A stretch of 64,000 nucleotides of DNA, taken from positions 62,001 to 126,000 of the forward strand of contig JALDZS010000014.1 of NCBI GenBank assembly GCA_022813965.1. Reading direction: 5' to 3'. Numbering within the stretch: the stretch's first letter is position 1; each line of letters starts with the position of its first letter. This DNA comes from Toensbergia leucococca (Eukaryota). Under the pieces are notes generated by a model. That model did not search any database. It saw only the letters and a program-made list of their open reading frames with translations, and was not told where the DNA came from. Below, in pieces: positions 23,970 through 36,051 of the stretch. Both the position numbers and the translations under genes were made by a program.

Positions 23970-25394
23970 CTAGTTCTCACTCTTCAAGAGGCTTCTGGCC
24001 CAGTGTTGCCGCACTGGTATCGATATGGATTTTTTCACTCGGATTTGCCGTCCCAGAGTTTCAATACTGTCTAGCTGCATAAAGACTCACTGAGTAGCTT
24101 TCCTGCCGTTCGAGGGGTTGAGCAGGGCAAAGTCTGAAGTCATCCTCATCGGCAGATCTTCCTGCTTGATCCGTGTTACCTTCTCGCTGACGCCCGTACA
24201 CATATGACCCTTGATGATGTCTGTTTCTTTTCAGAGTGAGTCAAATTTGGCTGGCATGGTGTCTTGCTTCCTGCAATACCAGACATACTCCTTTCAGTTG
24301 AGTGAGTACGAGAGATCTCGTGAGGTCAGGCTATTGATGAATGCTACCGATATTTGAATGCGTATCAACCATGTCTCAGTGTAAAAGCATCTTCTCTCAG
24401 CCCATCCTTTGTATACTTCGGCGACGTCCTTCTCAGGGGTCCGGTAGTGAGCGGCCGTGCGATGGTTGAAGTCTCCACCTTTTTTGGTTTTGAGGACACT
24501 CATATTTACACTTCCGTCTTCCGTGATCCGGAAATTTCCATTCATTTTCCCGGCAGCTTTTCCCCTAAAAAGGACAACATGGTTCGGGAGTATAGAATCT
24601 TTGGTCTCGAGGGCAATGTGGGCTGTTGGTAGCCAGTGGTCCTCGGGCGTCAGGTTTATGGTTGCAGTGACCTCCGGGGCTTGAGTCTGTGGCTGCGCTG
24701 GGGGGTGTGCCGGTGCCTGAAATACTCCTTGAACGCTACCACGCTTAAGCTTTTTGTTTGCTCGACTTCGTATTGCATGATTCTTCAGTCGTTTTTGGAG
24801 TTGCAAAACAGTGGCGTAGTTTATCTGGAGCTTGTCTATCACCCAGAAATGGAGTCCTTCTGTCCAAAATATCTTCGTAAATTGCAGGTCCATCAAAGCA
24901 TCTTGAAGGTTTTGGGTCAGGCCGAGCATCGTCATTGCTTGTCTTGGTCTATAATTCTGGTAATATGGCATTCTTAGGATTCCGATATTTGTGTAGGCGT
25001 AGTTAATAAGATCGTCGGGATTGATATTCGGGTTGGGTCGACTCTCCCACCTATTGTAGATGGCGGTAGCTGTCGGGTTATTAAATCCGATGAATTCCAG
25101 GGCTGCGATACTTCTCGGCGCTATCGGAATATCGAAACTTGCCGACGTAAAACTTACGGTGCGGACAGATGCAGAAGTTGATGATGAACTCGACACGCTG
25201 CTACTATTGCTCGATCGTGGACCTAAAAGTGCAGTCGAGACCTTGCGTTTGCCGGCAACACATACAGTTTGAAATACATTATCCTCTGCAAGCATTTTGG
25301 TCTCTTCAAATGTAAATTGTTCGTCTTCAGACGAGAATAAGAGCGCCATTTCTGCCAGTGGAGAGTCGATGAGAGGTGAGATGAGGGACGTCAT
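23970..25394 (-). pseudogene. Intronless hypothetical gene with ADP-ribosyltransferase/DUF3990-like C-terminal motifs, interrupted by three in-frame TGA codons
   Basis: 366-aa ORF continues in frame past TGA 24294-24296: N*KEYVWYCRK...DSL*KETDIIKGHMC...KATQ*VFMQ; further TGAs at 24231-24233 and 24087-24089; 3' end approximate. Confidence 0.65.
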
Positions 25395-26735
25395 TCTATG
25401 AGTGGAAAGGCCTTGTGTAGAGGTAGGATGGTGATGGGCCCCTAGAACTGGAATAAGCGTCGAAAATCGTTTAGATTAGCAGTAGATAATTGTGCAATCG
25501 CCAATATACGAAATGATGGGAGTGATTTTTGAGAGAAAAACCAGAGTTCGTGTGAGGGTGATTGGCAGGGTTTCTTTGATGCTGGGGAAAAGCGATCAAT
25601 AGTGTGCGTGAGGTTTGGAGGTGACAGAGAATTTTGAGAAGCCTAGGATTCACGGTATTTATATAGTTGCGATCATGAAATAGAGTTGCAAAGATTCAAA
25701 GGTTGTGAGTCTGAAAGGTTCTGAAGCACTATAAATGAGAGACTAAACACGGAAAGATTTATAAGTTTTCACTCCGCCTGACTCATTTTATATTTCAGTG
25801 GTAAAAATACTCTATTGAGAGTTCTACGAAGTCTATCTTCAAATGTAAAAGGACTAAGAATGGTGAGAATGAAAATTTATGTTACAAGTCTAAGAGAATC
25901 AGCAAAATCTTGTTGCAATGCAAAAAGCTGGCCCAGGAGTGACAGATAATGAGGTTCAACAAGAAGGCGTTAAAACCCGCTCCTCAATTCTTCTATGGTT
26001 GAGCTTTGTTATGAAATGTGAGGATCACTCAGTCTGGCAGGACCGGCGATGAATTGAGAATAAGCTAGACGGAGAAGCCACAGACTGATCAGTAGGGAGT
26101 ATGTCAAGAGACACAAGGACTTGCACTTGTACATATATAGACCTAGACAGTATCATGGCCTTAAGGCTGCACGCACTCGAGGAAAAATTAAGAAAAAGCC
26201 GAGGAAAGAGGGAGAGAGGTTAGTGAGGTAATGTGGATGGAATTGGCGTGTGCCAAACACATGCGAATGCTTCACCTGATGAGTAAAGGAAAAGGACATT
26301 TAGTACAGCCAATCAGATTGTTATGTGTGTATCTTGAAGTACTTCATCTTGCGGCTCTGGTGTAACTGGAATTAGTTCAACATTCTTATCGGAACAATTC
26401 CAATGTAACGAAGTAGTTGTGACTTTCGTCTGCGGGATCTTCTTGATTACGGAAAATACCCGGCTGTTTCTTACTGCAATATGTTTACAAAGTAGAGCAC
26501 TTGATGATATATAGGTATAGGATTTTTGATTCATGTAATGATCAGCATCTGAATACGGAGTACGGAGTGAGGGTGAAAGATTGTGCGATGCCAAGGATTC
26601 GCATTTGTTTTGTATACGCTAAAATTTCGCTTGAATATCTTCGAATCTCTAAGGTATGAAGGTATTTATCTTATTTTTGCAACGCATGAACTTCCACAAC
26701 TCCACCCTAGACCATGTAAAGTACCCTACTCAGTC

Positions 26736-29631
26736 ATGGAGTCCTCAAGAATATTTGTCAGAGGTCTCCCCCCCAACTTGACTGCAGATGATTTCAGACT
26801 GCATTTTTCGAAGCAGGCGGCCATCACTGATGCAAAATATATACCGCACCGGCGGATTGGTTATGTGGGCTACAAGACTTACGATGAGGCTGCTAGGGCG
26901 GTGAAATACTTTAACAAGTCCTTTATACGCATGTCTAGGATTGGGGTGGAGCTTGCTCGTTCCGTGCGTTTGTGAAGTGATCTTCGTTAATTTGGGGTTC
27001 GGTGCTGATGGTGAGGGTGGCAGATTGAAGAGCAGAATGCTTTCAAGACTGGGAACTATTCCGGTCATGATTCTCTAAAGTTAGAGGGGATCGAAGCGGA
27101 TTCGGAGAGAAGCAATAGAGTCAAGCGCAAGCGGGAGGGGCTACCAGAGCATGGAGAGATGGACCCAAAGCTTCAGGAATTTTTGGAGGTCATGCAACCG
27201 CCCTCCAAGTCGAAGACCTGGGCAAATGAAGATACGGCCAAGATTCAGAGTCTTGGACTCCCTGCTGATGGTGGTGCGAGGGTAGAGAAGGAGGGGAAAA
27301 GTGATGGGGAATATGAGCATGTACCTAAGAAAGTCAAGAAGTCAACGAAGGCTGCACATGTTGATAGTCCTAAAGGCCAGGTCACTACGTCGGATGCAGT
27401 GGGTGAAAGGCCTTTGTCGAAAGGGAAAAGGCCAAATGGAATAGAGAGTGTTATTGCTGTGTCCGACATTGTTTCTGGGGAAACCGTACAAAATATGGAG
27501 ATTCCTGTACCTACAGCTTCGGACGAAGACTGGCTGCGCTCGCGTACTAGCAGGCTATTGGGCCTTGTCGACGAGGACGTAGCACTAAATACCCGTTCAT
27601 CAGGAAATGACTCTCCGGTAGGGGCCAGACCAGCTTCGCCAGATAATCCCCAAACATCAGATGTTGGGATTCAAACCCATGACGAGAGTAGAGCTGGGCC
27701 TACCACAACCTCAACGCTCTCTACAGACGGTCATGGAGATCGTAGAGATACTAACAACGACACAGGGCGTTTGTTCGTTCGAAATCTATCTTATACAACT
27801 TCCGAGGATGACTTACGAATGCACTTTGAAACTCATGGCTTTGGTCCGATTGAGGAGGTAAGCTTGAACTCTTCTGCATTAATGTTTTCAATTATATCGC
27901 CTCAATCCTATGATGAATATCCTGATAGGGACAACTTATGCAATGCATGTGATGTTACTAGGAAGACTATTTTAGTAGATATGTCTTGTTTCTGAGGACC
28001 TTTCTTTACAGACGCTTTGTTCTATGTCCTTCAGGAGGGTTTGAGACAAAGGACTGACGACACCAGGTGCATATCCCAACGGACATTCGGTCAGGTGCCA
28101 ACAAAGGTTTCGCATATATTCAATTTACAGAGCCAGGTGTAGCCAACAATGCTCTTCAACAATTAGATGGAAAGTCGCTACATGGCCGTTTGCTACACGT
28201 AATTCCAGCAGCTGCCAAAAGGCAGAGTAGCCTGGACGAATATGCCATTTCCAAATTGCCTCTCAAGAAGCAGCAGGAGATCAAGCGGAAGGCCGAAGCT
28301 TCATCTTCTACGTTCAATTGGAATTCGATGTATATGAATGTAAGTAGAGAATGGCCCGGTGTTTGATGTACTGAACTACGGCTGACAATGTCAAGTCGGA
28401 TGCTGTCATTTCGTCGATATCAGATCGCCTTGGCATATCAAAATCGGATCTTTTAGATCCGACGATGGCCGACGCCGCTGTTAAACAAGCACACGCAGAG
28501 ACACATGTTATTCAGGAGACAAAGGCTTACTTTGCTGCCAATGGTGTGAATCTAGATGCTTTCCAGAAAAAGGAAAAGGGTGAAACTGCAATTCTTGTGA
28601 AGAATTTCTCGTACGGAACAAGACCTGAAGAGCTTAAGGGATTGTTTGCTTCACATGGAAATATAACAAGAATACTCATGCCACCGTCTGGTACCATTGC
28701 CATTGTTGAATTCGAGCAAGCCAATCAAGCGCGATCTGCATTCGGTAGTCTTGCCTATAGAAAATTCAAGGACTCGATCTTATTTTTGGAGAAAGCACCT
28801 CGAGATATGTTTAGCGCTAGCAACGCACCGCTTACAGATAGTAATGTCAATATACAACTCGAAAGTACACGAGCCGCCAAACCATCAGCCACAGAACTCC
28901 TCGAAGAAGATGGACTGCAACAACCTGTGGACACTTCGACCTTATTCGTCCGAAACCTAAATTTTGTAACTACCACAGATCGCCTCCGCCAAATTTTCCA
29001 GCCTCTAGATGGTTTCTTGTCTGCGAGAGTCAAGAAGAAACCTGATCCGAAAAAGGCGGGACAGCTGCTCAGCATGGGCTTTGGATTTCTTGAATTTCGT
29101 TCGAAACAACAGGCTCAAGCCGCACTTTCTGCCATGGACGGATACAAATTGGACGGGCATGACCTTCTTATTAGAGCAAGTCATAAAGCTATTGACGCCG
29201 CGGAGGAACGAAGGAAAGAGGATCGAGCCAAGAAAATATCTAGCAAAAGGACGAAAATAATTATCAAGAATTTGCCATTTGAAGCTTCGAAAAAGGATAT
29301 CAGATCCCTCTTTGGGTCTTACGGTCAGCTGCGTTCTGTGCGTGTTCCGAAGAAGTTTGACAGCTCGACCCGTGGGTTTGCCTTTGCAGATTTCGTTACA
29401 GCTAGGGAAGCAGAAAATGCGATTGACGCACTCAAAGACACCCACTTACTAGGGAGAAGATTGGTCTTGGAGTTTGCTGCCGCAGATGAGGTGGATCCAG
29501 AGAAGGAAATCGAGAAGATGCAAAAGAAGGTCGGACGCCAGGCCGACAAGGTAGCCCTGCAGAAGTTGACAGGCACGGGCCGCAGGAGGTTCACGGTTGA
29601 AGGGAGCGAGGATGTTGATGTCGATCGATGA
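26736..29631 (+). CDS. MRD1: Multiple-RRM pre-rRNA processing protein Mrd1/RBM19; exons 26736-26963, 27024-27857, 28067-28339, 28396-29631
   Basis: MESSRIFVRGLPP start, DEDWLRSRTSRLLGL, FNWNSMYMN, AAVKQAHAETHVIQETKAYF, five RRMs; canonical introns. Confidence 0.96.
27906..27998 (+). ncRNA. Intronic box C/D snoRNA in MRD1 intron 2
   Basis: Box C ATGATGA 27910-27916, C' GTGATGT 27949-27955, box D CTGA 27992-27995, closing stem TCC/GGA; GATAGGGACA (27924-27933) and TAGTAGATA (27973-27981) are antisense to the conserved LSU rRNA segment UGUCCCUAUCUACUA; host intron is 209 nt versus ~55-60 nt for the others. Confidence 0.85.
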
Positions 29632-30403
29632 CAAGGATGGGATTCTTGGAAATCTATCATGTACCTGCTGCACCCCAGATACACCCCTTGCATAGCTTCC
29701 CCTTCCCAGGTCACTGCCGAGATCCAATAGAACGATTGGTCAGTGCTTTTACTAGAGCACAGTTCCCCTTTGAAGATTCTCTACACATGTCTGCAATCTA
29801 CCCTCATTCCACTTCGATGAATAGCCTTTGTTGTCATGACAGCGGCCTCATTCTTGCGGCTCTCCCTCGCACGGAAAACGGCATCTCATTTGCAGATGCT
29901 GCAACGGTTCTGGTCTGTGCGCAGATCGAGTGACAAAGATAGGTAAATGTCATCCCTTGCTGGTCCGGGGAATGCAGGGTTATGCTCTTCTCTGAAATTC
30001 TGCAATTAGAATTGCAAAAGGCTGACGTTGGTCATAGGAGCTCCACTTTCAACGGCCCTCTAGGTTTTTCAACTGTACCAAAGACATCCCGTTTTTGCTC
30101 TAGTGTACTGGGGAAGAAGCCATTCATCGTCACCCTTCTTAGTTGTGTCTAATTGCCTCCTGTATTGGTTCCACAGGGTGATGTCTCTGGAATTGGCATA
30201 TAGTAAGCGGATAGGCTGTTAAAGACAACATCTGGTCTGCCAAATAAAGTATCATGAATGTACCAACATTCTCTCTATCAGCTCGTGCATTTCTAACACC
30301 CTCTATCATTCCATCTGAAATTCTGGTCTGTCTTTTCTATCGTGTTGTATTGCGAGTAGCAGCCATTCCTTTCGAGTCTACGAGAATTCCACAGAGCAAA
30401 GCG

Positions 30404-32788
30404 ATGCGTATGGAAGTTCGCCGCAATCCGTGCGTCCTGCCAAGCAATGCTCCAGCTCTTGAGAGTAAAGCGGACTGTCCTATCGGAGTCCTCCGTACCT
30501 CGTCAGGGAACGTACTTTCGAGTAGCCTGGATAGTAGGCGTCGACCTTTCAAGGCAACGTCCGCCCATCATACAGGAGTCAGGGCTTCCCGCGCTTTCGA
30601 TGATGCTCAATCCCGTTTTGGTTCAAGTGCACGGCAATCTGCACAACGACAGCGGCAGAAAAAAGTTCCTGATGATGTTTTCCCCATCCTCAATGGAGAA
30701 GAGCTCCAATCTCCCAAGTACCTCGTGTATAGAGAACGGCAGCGCCGCGAGGAGGGCACAGATGGGAAGCAAGTTTGGTCGGACGAGTTAGAGGTTGCTT
30801 TCCAAACAGGTCCGTTTAAGTATTATCCAACCCTCGGCTTCCTCACCTAATCAATTATCAGCATTACGACGAGTGGCAAAAAGCGGTCCTTTTGGACGGA
30901 AAAAAAGGCCATTTGTTGAAGGCGGTACCCCAAAGGGAAAAAATGAATGGATCTCTCATTACATTGAGATTTTGACCGGCCAACAGCGTGACCGGAAGCA
31001 AGTGTCTAGTCATCTTCAAGTGCTCAAATGCTTCATGAGCAACAATCAAGATTGTTTGTTGACACATAGATCCAATGGCCCAGACGATTGCTGACCTGTA
31101 TAGGGATGAAATTGGTAGTCAAAGGCGAGGACTCTGACCGTGGCAGTAACCCTGATGTCACAGACTCATGGAACGAAAGATGTCTGGCGACAGATGGGGA
31201 CCTCAAAAATAATCCTGACGACATGCGAAAAACCTACTCTTCCTACCCGAATACTCTCTCGGCGGACGATACTCTCGAGCATTATTCTCCCTCCGGGGCC
31301 CGTTCAATCCACCGGATCGAGTTTGAGATGTACATCATCTCCCCAGATCTAGGCAATCAGCCACGTAGAATCCTCCACTCGTACACCTCGATCCAGAGCG
31401 AAATTGGTTCGGTAGCCAAGGCTCTAGATGACATGGAGGACTGGCGCACAATGTACCCTCAACTAAGTTCGACCGAGGAAGATGGCCACCTAAACAGCGA
31501 AGTGATTCTGCTCGATGCGGGTTTCGACTTGCTGACAGATCACCCACCCCGAAGGTCAAAACTCGGCGTCCATTTCTTCGTCAACATTGCCCGTGGTGTC
31601 GACTATAGGAATTGGGGCCACACGACAAGATTCTACAACCAAGCTAGTCGCGAGCAAGGCTCTCCAGTCCACAGTTCCTGGAAGCATGAAGCCCGATCTT
31701 CCCAAGTCGCGCACACCGACAGTGTGAGGGTCGAAATGTCTCTCGACAGCGAATGGCTAGTCGACCAATTCGTCATTTTAATTGAGCGTAGGCGTGCGGC
31801 GGCAGCCGAGGGCCACTCAAGTGCATTGGACCGAGAGGAAGAATACGCTTGCCGCTACCTGCGCGAAATGTCCGTCATGCAAGAAATCTGGGCTACTCCG
31901 CAGGGCGCCGAGGCCTCACCTCAACGAATGGCCATCCTCCTATGGCGATTTCGCAAAACCGAAAGCGGCACCGCAGCTACAACTACCTGGCGAAAACTCA
32001 CGCTACCGCCACTACCCCAACATATGCTTAATACCCCCATCTCCACCCTCCCCCAACCTCCCTTAACCTTCGAGACAACACTCTCGGACCCACAAGCCCA
32101 GGGAATCTACCAAACACATTACTTCCCCCCGCACCAAAACCTCTGGGCCCCCGAAGACCCAGAAAACTTCATTCCCACCCCACTCACCCAATCTAGCTCT
32201 CCGTCCCCACTCCCCTACACCTACTCCCCCTCCATCAACCTCCCCACATCCACCACCCTTCCTCCCCCCCTCCGCCACCAAGATCAAGACCAAACCTACA
32301 CCCCCCACCAAGAAGACCCCCCAATCTACCACCACCCCATCCCCCAAGCCTACCACGCCCACCCCACTTCCCTCCCCGACTTCCCAACCACCCACATCCA
32401 CCTCGCCTACGACTACCTAAACCACCACCACGACGAACCCCCCCTCTACGACGACATCCCCTCCTTCACCACCCCGCCACCACCCCCCACAAACCCCTCC
32501 TCCCTACTCCCGCCCCCCTCATCAGAAGAAGAAGAAGCGCACTTTCAATCACAATCGTCGTCGCATGAACTGGTCCAGCAGCAGCAGGGGGTGTTTGATA
32601 GCTCGACGAGGGAGTGGGAGGCGGGTTTTCAGGAGTATCTAAGGTGTCAGCAGCAGGGGTTTGAGGAGGTGGTGGGCGGGCTAAGGGACGGCGGGGTGGG
32701 GATGGGATTGGCGCAGGATGGGGGGGTTGGATTGGTGCTTGGGGAGGTGGGGGGGGAGGGTGAAGGGGGGTTGGGGATGGGGTTTTAG
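30404..32788 (+). CDS. abaA: TEA/ATTS-domain transcription factor, AbaA-like; exons ~30404-30809, 30862-31053, 31104-32788 (start codon uncertain)
   Basis: QVWSDELEVAFQTAL...GRKK...GKNEWISHYIEILTGQQRDRKQVSSHLQVLK is the TEA domain; downstream VMQEIWA...RMAILLWRF...TTTWRKL block resembles AbaA-family proteins. Confidence 0.8.
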
Positions 32789-33593
32789 ATTGGTTCTGTT
32801 TTGGGGAAAGGGGTGTGTGCTCCCTGGGCTTAGGAACTCGAATTCTGTTTCTCGTTTTGGGATTTTTTTTTCATTTGGATGAGAGATGGTGTTGGTGTTG
32901 CTGTGCGATGGAGATCAGGGCAGGCATCATTCTCTCTTTCTTCGTGCAAATCTGGACACTAGCACTGCTCATAAATGAGGATCTCGGGGTTTCTCAGATG
33001 TGCTCGATTTGCACCTCTTCGTCGTCCGTTGTTCGCGCCTTAGCTTCCCTCATCCGCTCCCTTCCCTCCATCACCCTCCATCACCTCCTCTCCCTCCCTC
33101 TCTCCTCCCCAAAATCCCTCAGAAGCCGAGATCCAACGCGTGTAAGAGAACTTGCGGCTGTTTTCTCTCAGGGAAGGAAATGTGAGGAGGGATACCCAGC
33201 CTTTGTAAAAAAAAAATCCGTTCAATATCAATTGTAGGACAGTAGGATTCTGTTTTCCTACTTTGCAGCATATAGCTTTTTTGAAGTCATAACGAGTTGT
33301 GGAAAAGCCCCTCTCCTCCCCCCACCTACCCTTTTAGAAATGCACCATGGGCATTTTCCAACGTCTAAAGTATGCAAGATATTGATTTTAAAAAAAAAAT
33401 TATATGTAAAAATAAAAGGCGTACACCCTTCCCGAAACCATCACCCCAACAAATTTTCCCTTCTCCAAATGCCCAATCAGTAGTTTGAAAGCGCCCAAAA
33501 CTCCTCGCTTGTATGCGCAGGACAATATGTACAAAATCCGCCCAGGCACCCACGCCCCAGCTCGGGCGAATTAAAAAAAAGAAAAAAAGGTCT

Positions 33594-35479
33594 TCATATG
33601 AGTGCGGGACACACCGTACTCGCGTCCCCACGTTTCGATTTAGTGGACAGCATGCCAAAGCGCAAGAAGACTTCCGAGCAGGTCACGAAGATGGAAAGGA
33701 GGATCAATACGATGATAATCCACGTCAATCCTACCGCCACCCAAAAAATATCAGCTTTTGCAAGTCCCAGTTGTTCTGCAGGCTTTTATGAATCAGGGGA
33801 GGGGGGAGCTCACGCGACATTTTGCTATCGGCAATGGAGTCTGAGAGGATTTCGGCGAGGTCGAGAAACACACGGCAGCGTTCGTTGAGAACCTGGATGC
33901 GGGGTTTTATCTCGAGGTATTCGCGGACGGCGTAGTAGAGGGGGTGGAGAGTGGGTTCGCTGTCCCAGAAGAAGTTGGGCACATCAAGCATATTGGACGC
34001 TTTTGTCCGAGAGATGTGATATTAACACCGCCTGTTTTTCAATAAGGCAGAATATGGCAATACTTACATAAATTGACATCCACACGGCTCTTGAACAAGG
34101 CCCCAAGGATCTTCACCACCTCCTCTCGTTTCATACCTAATTTTCCGGTCAAAGCCAGCGTCTTAGGCACATGCTGCGCCTCGGCCATCTGGTTGGCCAT
34201 GCGTTGCTCGAAGAAGCTCAGCTTTGTGCTCTGCGCTATGGCGTGCGACATGGCCAGCTTGATCATGTGGTCTCCACTTCGCAGGGTGATCATGTCGTTG
34301 AAGACTCTAGGTCTGGGCGTATCGGGGGAATATTCAAAATGGAATTCTTCCGTTTCAAAGTCCTCTTCTTTTTGCGCACGGGTCACGAGACTGAGGCCTG
34401 TTTCTGACTCGGAGAAAGTCAAGTCGGCTAGGATGTCCTTTTCCTGCCTCTCCGTGAAATTCCAGAAGACCACGACTCCGTAGGAAAACACGAACATCTC
34501 CGCAAAGGTGAAGGCGTCTGGAGCTACCCTCTGCGGGCTTGCAGATCTTCTAGAATGTTCGCTTCTTCTTCTCCGATCTTCTTCTCTATAACCTTCATCG
34601 TCATGATTTGACTCGACTCCTCTCGGACTGTCTTCATCCTCAGTATTCCTTACCCCAAATCTTTCGCCCCCATCTTCCTCGAAGAAGCCTTCTCCGTAGT
34701 CCCTCAGCTCGCTCCTCTCAATTTCCTCATCCAGTACAGCTTTGCCGCCAGGACTCTTCAGTACAGGACTACTCCTGATCCTGTATCCCTCACTCCCCGG
34801 CAACAACGGCAGATGGTAAACGGTATACAAACAATCATCGTACAATTTTGTTCTTGCGACGTGCTTGTTCTTCAAAAACGCCGCTGTACCCCTCAGCTTG
34901 TAAGCCTGCGCGGTGCAATAGGCCGTGACCCTTGCTAGTTTTTCTGCCCTCCTAGCCTTGGGTAAACGTTCGGCATAGCTTTTCCCTTTCCTCCCTTTCG
35001 TCTTACGTAAAGCCTCCTCATCATCTTTCGTAGGTGTCTCCTCGTTATCCTCATCAAAATCAACCTTTTCTTGAAGTTCCAATTCGTCCTGTGCCGTTTC
35101 TGGCAGCAGCACCAATTTTTCGCTAAGTTTGGTGCTTCGAGCCGGCATATGCGGCGGAACTAGACGACCTGCTAATTTTGGATCAGCTGGTCTGCCTGAG
35201 CCGGTACGAAGGGCACGAGGCCGATTGCCGGGCTGACGTTGCTGCATCGACGGGATGTCGGAGGCGTATTGGAGGATGCTGTCAACGGTGATGAAGCGGG
35301 ATGTCTGACGCCGGTGGTGGGAAGGGTGATTTTGAGCGAGGTTACTACCTTGTTGCTCGCGAGAATCAGTGACCTTGGAATCAATGTCAGAATAGAGCTC
35401 GGTTTTAATTGACCAGTGGAGAAAAGTTTACCAGGACCGTTGGGCCACGCTTTCCGGCTGCGTTGGACAAGGGAGCCAT
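33594..35479 (-). CDS. RMD8: DUF155 family protein (Rmd8/Sif2-like); exons 35479-35432, 35373-34068, 33999-33814, 33730-33594
   Basis: RVTAYCTAQAY, EMFVFSYGVVVFWNFTE, KLAMSHAIAQSTKLSFFE, LDVPNFFWDSEP..LYYAVREYLEIKPRIQVLNER, C-terminal TM LTWIIIVLILLSIFV. Confidence 0.9.
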
Positions 35480-36051
35480 CCCTAATTGCAATGTAAAAAG
35501 TACTCAATTCATTGGTAAATTGGTAAATCACAAATACAGTACAGTTTACATAGTTTTAAATCTTGAATTTGGGCATCCAGATGCATGTTCAAGCTAGCGC
35601 GCGGAGTACAGGTGACAGCTGCACGTCATGCAGGATTATTTTATTTAGTCTAGCTAGTATCCGTACCTTGCAGGGGCTTGGACTGGGGGAAAGTTTCCAG
35701 ATAGTTTATGGATGATTTTATCAAAAAATATCAGAATACTGAAAACAAGAAGAATTGCAATCGGGATGACTCCAGTATCGAACTGTTCTCCAACCCTTTC
35801 CATCCTCGTCGCTCTTCTTCAGCTTAAAGTCCTCAATCCAGAATGCGATACCTATTTGAAACAACTTCATGTTCAGAATTCAACCTTCAATGTTGATATG
35901 AATGTAGAATGCTTGTCATTACATGGTCTATCTACATTATTAATGCTCTGATCTAGTCGTGCCATTCCTCGTAGCTGAGTAACAAATCCTCCTAGTCCTC
36001 TAAACGCCACGCTTTGCTTGGTATGAAATCAAATCCGTGTATCAATGTAAA

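Noticed and set aside
22889..24074. Plus-strand ORFs of 109-180 aa
   Set aside because: Antisense to the spliced LC8 gene, its promoter and the ART-like relic
24087..24296. Idea that the TGA codons reflect a code-4 (mitochondrial or mollicute) origin
   Set aside because: Base composition is nuclear-like and most Trp codons are TGG
27858..27995. ORF extension ...YDEYPDRDNLCNACDVTRKTILVDMSCF
   Set aside because: Read-through into the MRD1 intron and snoRNA, not protein
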